24,000 bases of DNA, from positions 60,189 to 84,188 of the forward strand of contig JAAYRZ010000153.1 in NCBI GenBank assembly GCA_012518515.1, given 5' to 3'. The stretch comes from Alcaligenaceae bacterium. Its GTDB lineage: Bacteria; Pseudomonadota; Gammaproteobacteria; Burkholderiales; Burkholderiaceae_B. Below are positions 8,701 through 16,169 of the stretch, piece by piece. The notes beneath the pieces are model-generated. The model did not search any database, had not been told where the DNA came from, and saw only the letters and a program-made list of their open reading frames with translations. How positions within the stretch are numbered: the stretch's first letter is position 1; each line of letters starts with the position of its first letter. The translations under genes were made by a program, and so were the position numbers.

Positions 8701-11460
8701 CGCACAGCTAATAACTCACAACTAGACGAGTCGTACAAAGACTCTACTATGCTAGCCGATAAAGCGATTGGCACTGACTCCAAAAGCTTACAAGCCATCT
8801 ATCAAGAAAATAGCAAAGCACGTGTTCGCGCTAAAAACAATAACAGTATTGAAATACTCAATGCACGAGAACACAATCTACAAGGTATTGACGTTGAGAT
8901 CCCACGTGATAAATTCACCGTGATTACAGGTGTCTCCGGTTCTGGCAAATCAACTCTAGCATTTGATATCCTCTTTCAGGAAGGACAACGTCGCTATTTA
9001 GAATCACTCAATGCCTATGCACGCTCAATAGTACAGCCCGCAGGACAACCTGATGTGGATGCTATTTATGGCATTGCTCCCACCGTAGCAATTGAGCAAA
9101 GAACTAGTCGCGGCGGCTATAAATCCACCGTAGGGACGATGACTGAGATCCATCACTTCTTACGACTTTTGTACGTAAAACTAGGTACACAATACTGTCC
9201 TAGCTGTCAGGTGCCGGTCGAACCACAACGTCCAGATCAGATTGTGGCTCATATCATGAGCCATCATCGCGGTCAACGTATTGGCATTTTAGCCCCCTTG
9301 ATTATTGCCCGCAAAGGCTATTACACCGATCTCGCCAAATGGGCCGATAACAAAGGCTATAGCCATTTGCGAGTAGATAATGAGTTTATCCCAGTCAATC
9401 CATGGCCGCGTCTAGATCGTCATACTGAGCACACCATAGAATTACCCGTGCTGGATATTGTGGTTGATCCGGCTAATGAAACCGAACTGCGTGAAGCTAT
9501 CCACACTGCTATACAGCATGGACAGGGCCAATTGAGCATTTTATTTGAGTTAGATCCTGAAAAGCCGCTTACTCCAGACTACTTAACTCAAAAACACTTC
9601 TCTGTAAAACGCGCATGCCCTTCTTGTTCACGCAGCTTCCCTGAACCAGACCCACGTCTTTTCTCATACAATTCCAAACATGGTTGGTGTGAGAGCTGCT
9701 TTGGTACTGGTTTAAAAATTAAGGATTTTAAAGAAGAACTAAGTGGTGAAGAAAGCGCTTGGTTAAACCGCGAGGCAGAAGAAGATGATCCCGTTTGCCC
9801 AAGTTGTGACGGCTCACGTATTAATGAAATAGCACGGAATGTCTTATGGCAAAAGCTACCAATTAATAAACTCAGTGAATACTCAGTCGAAGAGCTTGAG
9901 GAGTTTTTCCTTAGCCTCGATATGAACGAGCGAGAACAACAAATCGCTCGTGATGTATTACTAGAAATTCGTAGTCGTTTAAAATTCATGCGTAACGTAG
10001 GACTAAACTACCTCAGTCTTGACCGTGCCGCCCCCACTCTGTCAGGCGGGGAGGCACAGCGTATTCGTCTAGCAGCCCAGCTCGGCTCAAATCTCCAAGG
10101 GGTTTGTTATGTCCTAGACGAACCGACTATTGGCCTACACCCTAGGGATAATCAAATCCTCCTTAATGCTCTAAGTCACTTGGAGGGCAATGGTAATACG
10201 CTAGTGGTGGTTGAACATGACGAAGACACCATTAAACGAGCTCAGCATATTATTGATATGGGACCGGGTGCTGGCACGCGCGGTGGCAGAGTCATTGCCC
10301 AAGGAAGCTATGAGGATATCCTTAAATCCCCCCAATCACTAACCGGCGAGTTCTTACGCAACCCAATGCAACACCCCATGCAGCCTCGTCGAGAGATAAG
10401 AAAAGACCATCCAATGGTGGGAATCAAAAATGCTACTCTCCATAACTTGCAAGGAGTAAATGCTGCTATTCCTGTCGGCTGCCTCACCGTCGTAACTGGC
10501 GTATCCGGTTCTGGAAAGTCCACTTTAGCTCGAGATGTACTATTAGAAAACTTGCGCGGTAAAGTAGCTCAAAAAGAACCTACTACCGATTACTCTGGTT
10601 GTGATGAGATCCTAGGTTGGGACAAACTAGAACGTATCCTTGAAGTAGATCAGACTCCGATCGGTAAAACACCTCGCTCTACACCTGCTACCTACATTGG
10701 CATTTGGGATGACGTCAGACGTCTATTTGCACAAACTCGTGTAGCTAAGCTTCAAGGTTGGACTGCCACCCGCTTTTCCTTCAATACCGGCGATGGGCGT
10801 TGTCCAGCTTGTGATGGACAGGGTATGCGCACAATTGAGATGAGCTTTTTACCTGATGTTAAAGTAGGTTGTGAATTATGCGAAGGGCAGCGTTTTAACC
10901 CTGAGACATTAGCAGTCAAAGTTCGCGACAAAAACATCGGAGAAATTCTCAGCCTAGAAGTTGACGAGGTAATTGATTTCTTTACAGCCCATCCAAAAAT
11001 TCACCGAGGCTTACAACTACTACAAGACGTAGGTTTGGGGTATTTGACCTTAGGCCAACCATCACCTACCCTATCAGGGGGGGAAGCACAACGCATTAAG
11101 CTAGTAACTGAATTATTAAAAGCTCGCCTCGATGAAGGTGTGCATAAAACCGGCCGTGCTTCTAGCGCCCCTCACACACTTTATGTGTTAGATGAGCCTA
11201 GTGTTGGTTTATCCATGGCGGATGTTAAAAAACTAATCCAAGTCATTCACCGCCTCGTAGATGCCGGCAATACAGTGGTCATTATTGAGCACAATCTGGA
11301 TATCATGGCTGAGGCCGACTGGATTTTAGACTTGGGACCTGAGGGTGGCACCGAAGGGGGCCATTTAGTCGCTGCCGGTAGTCCAGAAGAGTTAATCAAA
11401 AGGCATAAGCACTCCCATACTGGTCAAGCCTTAAAAGACTTTATGGAGAGAAATAATTAA
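5740..11460 (+). CDS. Tandem-fused double UvrA-like ABC ATPase ('excinuclease ABC subunit A' paralogue, two full UvrA units in one polypeptide)
   Basis: Four GVSGSGKS(S/T)L Walker A motifs (nt ~5833, 7747, 8929, 10498). Four LSGGE(A/V)QR signatures with DEP(S/T) Walker B and EH(D/N) H-loops. Six CxxC...CxxC zinc modules.

The start is placed at ATG 5740 (MSSQIRIFGAQQNNLKNL), which aligns with the canonical UvrA N-terminus. The ORF track's TTG at 5725 is the alternative. Confidence 0.9.
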   Translation: MSSQIRIFGAQQNNLKNLDLAINTEEITVLTGVSGSGKSSLAFDTLYAEGQRKYVETFSPYARQFLDRMDKPQVERIEGILPAIAIDQTNPVRTSRSSVGTMTELNDHIKLLFAHSANLYCRQCASPVHQDNIQSIQEQLATLSQKQNDPRLVLCFPILVPANFTDEEVKAFLEQQGYTRIHKEEEVSRQVIDKKSKKTKLELMKKLYVVQDRFRFSKAEPERVAEALEHALNHGQGFCRVYAALESGEEIVWPFSQQLHCAPCDISYQKPHASTFSFNSPIGACDHCRGFGRSMGIDYGLVIPDESLSLANGAIRPWQTPSFKIQQDDLMKYAKKTGIRTDTPWRELNEAERQWVINGDPEWTGKRNAWDLQWYGAQRFFDWLETKSYRMHVRILLSKFRSYTPCPVCQGSRLKADANLWRLGDGLQHDYAEGNYKRFMPVAARWSETTLEQLPGLTIHDLMQLPIGHLRDYFNSPYFDANADKASELVLTEIRHRLRYLCDVGLDYLSLDRQSRTLSGGEVQRINLTTALGTSLVNTLFVLDEPSIGLHPRDMGRIIEVMQRLRDAGNTLVVVEHDPQVMVAANRILEIGPGPGERGGDIVFDGTPEKLRTANTLTGKYLGNVLRVEAPLPMKVSDKTPKLLLEGVNANNLKNVDVAFPLNRLVCVTGVSGSGKSTLIQDVLYPALLKHFGEPTEAPGEYQHLLGAEQLASVVMVDQSPIGKTARSNPASYVGAFNAIRNLFAQAPMSLERGYKPGTFSFNTGDGRCPTCKGTGFEHIEMQFLSDVYLRCPDCHGKRFRDEVCEVQVEHLGQAASIDEVLEMTVQQALDFFKGLREVQTALQPLIDVGLEYVKLGQPVPTLSGGEAQRLKLAGHLAEASRSRTKGKQLALKGSLFLFDEPTTGLHFDDVARLMHAFRKLLAAGHSLIIIEHNLDLVRAADWIVDLGPGGGEHGGQVIAQGTPDALKGMEHSFTAQALVAYEEEIVRTANNSQLDESYKDSTMLADKAIGTDSKSLQAIYQENSKARVRAKNNNSIEILNAREHNLQGIDVEIPRDKFTVITGVSGSGKSTLAFDILFQEGQRRYLESLNAYARSIVQPAGQPDVDAIYGIAPTVAIEQRTSRGGYKSTVGTMTEIHHFLRLLYVKLGTQYCPSCQVPVEPQRPDQIVAHIMSHHRGQRIGILAPLIIARKGYYTDLAKWADNKGYSHLRVDNEFIPVNPWPRLDRHTEHTIELPVLDIVVDPANETELREAIHTAIQHGQGQLSILFELDPEKPLTPDYLTQKHFSVKRACPSCSRSFPEPDPRLFSYNSKHGWCESCFGTGLKIKDFKEELSGEESAWLNREAEEDDPVCPSCDGSRINEIARNVLWQKLPINKLSEYSVEELEEFFLSLDMNEREQQIARDVLLEIRSRLKFMRNVGLNYLSLDRAAPTLSGGEAQRIRLAAQLGSNLQGVCYVLDEPTIGLHPRDNQILLNALSHLEGNGNTLVVVEHDEDTIKRAQHIIDMGPGAGTRGGRVIAQGSYEDILKSPQSLTGEFLRNPMQHPMQPRREIRKDHPMVGIKNATLHNLQGVNAAIPVGCLTVVTGVSGSGKSTLARDVLLENLRGKVAQKEPTTDYSGCDEILGWDKLERILEVDQTPIGKTPRSTPATYIGIWDDVRRLFAQTRVAKLQGWTATRFSFNTGDGRCPACDGQGMRTIEMSFLPDVKVGCELCEGQRFNPETLAVKVRDKNIGEILSLEVDEVIDFFTAHPKIHRGLQLLQDVGLGYLTLGQPSPTLSGGEAQRIKLVTELLKARLDEGVHKTGRASSAPHTLYVLDEPSVGLSMADVKKLIQVIHRLVDAGNTVVIIEHNLDIMAEADWILDLGPEGGTEGGHLVAAGSPEELIKRHKHSHTGQALKDFMERNN

Positions 11461-11471
11461 AGGGTTTGTAA

Positions 11472-12170
11472 ATGAGTAAAAAGCAGTTAGTGGTATTATC
11501 CGGTGCGGGTATCTCCGCAGAAAGTGGTTTAAACACCTTCAGGGACTCTGATGGTCTATGGGAAAACCATCGGGTCGAAGACGTGGCAACGCCAGAAGCC
11601 TTTACCCGCGATCCCGACTTAGTCATGCGTTTTTATAACTTACGCCGCGCTCAGTTACACACGGTTGAGCCTAATGATGCTCACAAAACACTGGCTGGAC
11701 TAGAAGATGATTTTGATGTGCATATCATCACTCAAAACATTGATGACTTACATGAACGTGCAGGTTCTACCAAGGTGCTGCATTTACATGGTGAACTTCG
11801 CAAGGTTCGTCCCGTTGACTCTGAGGAAAAAGGTATCATCGACTGGCACAGCGACTTAAATATCGGTGATGTAGATGAACGCGGCGTACAATTACGACCT
11901 CATATTGTTTGGTTTGGTGAAATGGTTCCGACCATGGCACAGGCTGCGGAAATCGCTTCTCAAGCCGACATCTTTTTAGTGATCGGTACCTCAATGAAGG
12001 TCTACCCGGCTGCTGGTTTAATTGATTTTATCCCGCCGCACTGTGAACTTTATGTGATTGACAAAGGTCTAGAAAACCGCTTTACCCATGAAGAAAATTT
12101 TTATCAAAGCGGTGCTTCAGAGGGTATGAGACAACTAGAGGAACGCCTTAGAGCAAAGGCTCAAGAATAG
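11472..12170 (+). CDS. Sir2-family NAD-dependent protein deacylase (short bacterial sirtuin)
   Basis: Motifs GAGISAESG, TQNIDDLHERAG, catalytic LHLHGEL and IGTSMKVYPAA are present. The ATG lies 11 nt after the uvrA-like stop, with AGGG as SD. Confidence 0.9.
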   Translation: MSKKQLVVLSGAGISAESGLNTFRDSDGLWENHRVEDVATPEAFTRDPDLVMRFYNLRRAQLHTVEPNDAHKTLAGLEDDFDVHIITQNIDDLHERAGSTKVLHLHGELRKVRPVDSEEKGIIDWHSDLNIGDVDERGVQLRPHIVWFGEMVPTMAQAAEIASQADIFLVIGTSMKVYPAAGLIDFIPPHCELYVIDKGLENRFTHEENFYQSGASEGMRQLEERLRAKAQE

Positions 12171-12967
12171 AAAAGCTTCAATACTTGGTTAACTGCTGCT
12201 AGTCCCATCGCAGCGGTTACCGTAACACAAGAGCCATAACCTGCACACGCAAGTCCCTGAGGAGCACGTAGTCCAGTAGCATCCTGCTCAGCTTCCGTCC
12301 ATGGTAAGACAGCCGGCTCATCGATCCATAGGCAAGAAACCCCCATATTCGGCACCTTTTTTAAAGGGCGCCCCTGAGCATCACTGCCTTTGGCAAAACC
12401 ATGTTGTTTACGTAATTGCTGACGTATCTTAGCTAATAAAGCATCATTATGTGTACGGCTTAAATCACTAAACCTTAAAGCTAGACTGTCAGACTTACCA
12501 CCAGCACCACCACACATAATCAAGGGCACTGCTAAATCCCTACAGACCAAAGCCATAGCGATTTTGGCTGCTACCTGGTCGGCACAGTCTAAAACCAAGT
12601 CAACTGCGGCTGCCTCAATCACAGCTCGAGCATTATCAGGCTCAATAAAGTCATCAATTAGCTCCAACTGTAGTTGAGGATTAATTTCTCGTAACCGTAC
12701 AGCCATCGCTTCTACCTTGCTTTGTCCCAAGGTACTACTCAGTGCATGAATTTGGCGATTGATATTTGATTCAGAGACCACGTCAAGGTCAACAAGCACT
12801 AAACGCCCTATCCCACTTCTAGCTAAAGCTTCCGCTGCCCAGGAACCCACACCACCAATACCCACCACCATAACTGATTTCGACGTAATAATATTAAGCG
12901 CTTCATCACCATACAAACGCTTCAAACCACCAAAACGACGCTCTAAATCATACCCATCTATCGTCAC
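12161..12967 (-). CDS. tcdA: tRNA threonylcarbamoyladenosine (t6A) dehydratase TcdA/CsdL (ThiF/E1-like fold)
   Basis: RFGGLKRLYG..VMVVGIGGVGSWAAEALARSGIGRLVLVDLDVVSESNINRQ is the YgdL/TcdA signature. GTG start with a strong GAGGAG SD. Confidence 0.88.
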   Translation of the reverse strand: MTIDGYDLERRFGGLKRLYGDEALNIITSKSVMVVGIGGVGSWAAEALARSGIGRLVLVDLDVVSESNINRQIHALSSTLGQSKVEAMAVRLREINPQLQLELIDDFIEPDNARAVIEAAAVDLVLDCADQVAAKIAMALVCRDLAVPLIMCGGAGGKSDSLALRFSDLSRTHNDALLAKIRQQLRKQHGFAKGSDAQGRPLKKVPNMGVSCLWIDEPAVLPWTEAEQDATGLRAPQGLACAGYGSCVTVTAAMGLAAVNQVLKLFYS

Positions 12968-13073
12968 AATCTCTCCTCAAATACCCCTCTCAAGGCTGAC
13001 TCAATACTGCTCATAAAAATCAGCTAATGATACAATCAAGGGTATATTTTAACTTTTCTGGTGAAATTAATTC

Positions 13074-13727
13074 GTGAATAGCAAAGATATTGATTTAAGC
13101 CCAAGCATTTTAGCTAAGGCCGAACTACATTTTAAAAACTTTAGACTGTGGACCGATGAAGAGCGAGAGGCATCACTACAAGAGGCTTTAGCCCAATTAG
13201 ATGAGCTTAAAGATATCTGGCTCTTTGGCTATGCCTCTTTAATTTGGCGCCCAGAGTTTGAACACGTAGAAAGTCGTCGAGGAACCATTTTCGATTACCA
13301 TCGCTCCTTATGTCTTTGGTCTAGTGTTAACCGCGGCACACCAGAACGCCCTGGGCTAGTCTTTGGTCTAGCAGAGTCTGGTTTCTGTGAAGGCGCTGTT
13401 TACAGACTGCCTAATGATGACCTTGAAAACAAGATGCGCCGCTTATGGGAGCGTGAGATGCCCAATAGCTCTTATATTCCCATGTGGTTAGACTGTGAGA
13501 CAGACGAAGGCACCGTCAAGGCATTGGCTTTTGTGATGGATCCGGACGACTACTCCTATGTAGGTGATTTAAGTATCGATGAAACCCTTGATGTCGTACT
13601 CGGTGCAGAGGGTATTTATGGACCCTGCACAGAGTATGTACTTGAAACAGCAGACGCCTTAAAAAAGGTTAGTATCAAGGATGACGAACTCTATCATCTA
13701 GCCGATCTTATTCGTCAGCGCCTCTAA
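13074..13727 (+). CDS. chaC: ChaC-family glutathione-specific gamma-glutamylcyclotransferase
   Basis: WLFGYASLIWRP (the YGSLxW motif), the catalytic-region pattern LWEREM, and a size typical of ChaC. GTG start; the exact start is uncertain. Confidence 0.82.
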   Translation: MNSKDIDLSPSILAKAELHFKNFRLWTDEEREASLQEALAQLDELKDIWLFGYASLIWRPEFEHVESRRGTIFDYHRSLCLWSSVNRGTPERPGLVFGLAESGFCEGAVYRLPNDDLENKMRRLWEREMPNSSYIPMWLDCETDEGTVKALAFVMDPDDYSYVGDLSIDETLDVVLGAEGIYGPCTEYVLETADALKKVSIKDDELYHLADLIRQRL

Positions 13728-13836
13728 AGCAACTGACTAATCAGCACAGCACAACAGATGCCGCTAAACCGCTGAAGCCTTAGAGACTTCCGTGTAAAAT
13801 ATAGCTTTAGTTTAAAAGTACTTTTGGAAGACCGCT

Positions 13837-14469
13837 ATGGGCTCAACAGCAGATATGCGCCACCGCTATGAAAAGCTCGAATTATTAGAGCAAGACGCAA
13901 CCCCAAATCCTTTGGATCTATTTGATCGTTGGTTTCAACTTGCCTGTCAAGAGACTCATCTTGAAGCCAATGCTATGACCTTAGCCACGATCAATGCGCA
14001 TAACCAGCCCGAAGCTCGTATGGTCCTTTTAAAAGACTACACCGACGAGGGTTTTGTTTTTTTCACTAATTACAATTCGACAAAGGGTCAAGCCATCGCT
14101 CACAATCCACAGGTCAGTTTATTATTTTTCTGGATTAAACAAGAACGCCAGGTAAGAATCGCTGGTTGCGCAGAAAAGCTTTCAGAGGCAGATTCCATTG
14201 AATACTTTAATAGTCGCCCCTATGGCTCACGCATCGGTGCTTGGGCCTCCCTGCAAAGCCAAAACATGAGTCGTGAAGAGCTAGAGCAACGCTTTCAGGA
14301 GTTCGCCGACATGTATCCTGAAGAAGTACCTAAGCCACCGCATTGGGGTGGGTATTTAGTCGTGCCCTCACAAATCGAGTTTTGGCAAGGACGACCTTCC
14401 CGTATGCACGATCGCCTGCTCTACAACAAAGAAGGTAACAAGTGGCTAATGACGCGTTTAGCCCCGTAA
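13837..14469 (+). CDS. pdxH: Pyridoxamine/pyridoxine 5'-phosphate oxidase
   Basis: RMVLLKDY..GFVFFTNYNSTKG...QVRI.G...YF.SRP..SRIGAWAS.QS...EFWQGRPSRMHDRLLY...RLAP is the canonical PdxH pattern. Confidence 0.95.
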   Translation: MGSTADMRHRYEKLELLEQDATPNPLDLFDRWFQLACQETHLEANAMTLATINAHNQPEARMVLLKDYTDEGFVFFTNYNSTKGQAIAHNPQVSLLFFWIKQERQVRIAGCAEKLSEADSIEYFNSRPYGSRIGAWASLQSQNMSREELEQRFQEFADMYPEEVPKPPHWGGYLVVPSQIEFWQGRPSRMHDRLLYNKEGNKWLMTRLAP

Positions 14470-14506
14470 ATGTTATTGTGTCCTGTCAATTAACCAAATT
14501 TTAACC

Positions 14507-15028
14507 ATGTCTAATAAACACCAAACTAATTTCACTGAAAAAGATTTTCGACAGGCCTTGGGCCGCTTTGCAACAGGAGTGGCCATTGTCACAGCAACTG
14601 ATCTTACAACCGGAAAACCGGTAGGCCTCACCGTCAGTTCTTTCAATTCGGTTTCACTGGACCCCCCCTTAGTCTTATGGTGTTTACGCTTGGCTTCACA
14701 AAATCTTGATTTATTTAAAAATACCAGTCACTACAATATCCATATTTTAGCTAATGACCAAATTGATTTAGCAATGCAATTTTCTACTGCTAAGGTACCA
14801 GACCGTTTTGAGGGCATCGATTGGGAACTTAACAAAGCCGGTACGCCCTTACTTTCTACCAAATACTGTTCTGCTATTTTTGAATGCGCCAATGAGCAAC
14901 AGCATCCTGCAGGTGACCATCTAATTATGGTCGGCTATGTAGAGAATTGTCAGCACACCAACAAATTACCACTAGTATTTCACGCTGGCACTTTTGACCT
15001 AACACCAACCAGTCGCTTTGCTAAATGA
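14507..15028 (+). CDS. Flavin reductase family protein (HpaC/RutF-like, FMN-binding split barrel)
   Basis: FRQALGRFATGVAIVTA...GLTVSSFNSVSLDPPLVLWCL is the flavin reductase domain signature. 173 aa. Confidence 0.85.
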   Translation: MSNKHQTNFTEKDFRQALGRFATGVAIVTATDLTTGKPVGLTVSSFNSVSLDPPLVLWCLRLASQNLDLFKNTSHYNIHILANDQIDLAMQFSTAKVPDRFEGIDWELNKAGTPLLSTKYCSAIFECANEQQHPAGDHLIMVGYVENCQHTNKLPLVFHAGTFDLTPTSRFAK

Positions 15029-16137
15029 GTCACCACACGGACGTTGAGTGCATTATCATCGGTGCAGGTGTCATTGGTTTAGCGGTTGCACGTGCCCTTG
15101 CACAACAAGGTAGAGAGGTACTAATCGTAGAGTCTGCCTCTCTATTTGGATCCGGCATTAGCTCCAGAAACTCCGAAGTAATTCACGCAGGCCTTTACTA
15201 CCCACCTAAAAGCTTAAAATCTAAGCTTTGCCTACGCGGCAAAGAGCTTCTATATGATTTTTGCAAACAACACAACGTACCTCATCAACGCATTGGTAAA
15301 TTACTAGTAGCTACCGAAGAAGCTGAAATACAAGCCTTAATGAGTATCAAGGATAATGCCAAGCAATGTGGCGTAAACGATTTACAGCTGCTCCAAGCCG
15401 AAGAAGCTCAACACCTTGAACCTGAGCTATTTTGCAAACTGGCCTTACTCTCTCCTTCTACTGGTATTGTTGATAGTCATACATTAATGCTTAGCTTATT
15501 AGGTGAAGCAGAAAATGCTGGCGCACAACTCGTCCTAAACACACCTCTAAAAAGAGTGTTCATTAAAGATAATCGATTGTTTGAATGTCATTTTGATGAT
15601 TCAGAACAAAGCATCTTGAGCTGTTCTATTCTCATTAATGCCTCAGGATTACATGCAACAGAACTAGCTAAAAACTTCACCGGACTCGATAAAAAACATA
15701 TCCCTACGGCGTATTACTATTGTCAAGGCAGGTATTTTTCTTATTCAGGAAAATCACTCTTTAAGCATTTAATTTATCCAATGCCTAACCGTGACGGATT
15801 AGGCATCCACCTGACTCTGGATCTTGGGGGACAAATAAAATTTGGCCCTGATGTACACTGGCTTGATGAAGAAAGCTATGAGATAGATGAAACACAGGCA
15901 GAAAGTTTTTATAAAGCGGTCAGACGCTATTGGCCTTCACTAAAAAATGGTACTCTACAAACTGCTTATTCAGGCATTAGACCAAAGCTCAGCGCTCCTA
16001 ATCAGCAGGCAGCTGATTTTGTTATCAGCTCAGAAACGGAGCATGGCATCGCCGGATTAATTAATCTATTTGGTATCGAGTCACCCGGACTGACAGCCTC
16101 TCTGGCGATTGCTGAACTAATAACTCAAAAAATCTAA
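15025..16137 (+). CDS. FAD-dependent oxidoreductase, DAO family (L-2-hydroxyglutarate oxidase/dehydrogenase-like)
   Basis: N-terminal GAGVIGLAVARAL..E Rossmann motif. SRNSEVIHAGLYYPPKSLKSKLC resembles LhgO/L2HGDH-type enzymes. The ATGA start/stop overlaps the preceding gene. Confidence 0.82.
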   Translation: MSHHTDVECIIIGAGVIGLAVARALAQQGREVLIVESASLFGSGISSRNSEVIHAGLYYPPKSLKSKLCLRGKELLYDFCKQHNVPHQRIGKLLVATEEAEIQALMSIKDNAKQCGVNDLQLLQAEEAQHLEPELFCKLALLSPSTGIVDSHTLMLSLLGEAENAGAQLVLNTPLKRVFIKDNRLFECHFDDSEQSILSCSILINASGLHATELAKNFTGLDKKHIPTAYYYCQGRYFSYSGKSLFKHLIYPMPNRDGLGIHLTLDLGGQIKFGPDVHWLDEESYEIDETQAESFYKAVRRYWPSLKNGTLQTAYSGIRPKLSAPNQQAADFVISSETEHGIAGLINLFGIESPGLTASLAIAELITQKI

Positions 16138-16169
16138 CCTTTTAAACAAAAATAAGACTTAAGCTTCAA

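Noticed and set aside
11472-12170. Sir2-domain protein as a possible anti-phage NADase (Thoeris ThsA, DSR, SIR2-HerA or SIR2-pAgo type).
   Set aside because: It is a short stand-alone sirtuin with the full housekeeping deacylase motif set (GAGISAESG, TQNID, catalytic HG, GTS). It has no fused sensor domain such as SLOG or a helicase. None of the usual partner genes (HerA, pAgo, a TIR-domain gene) is nearby.
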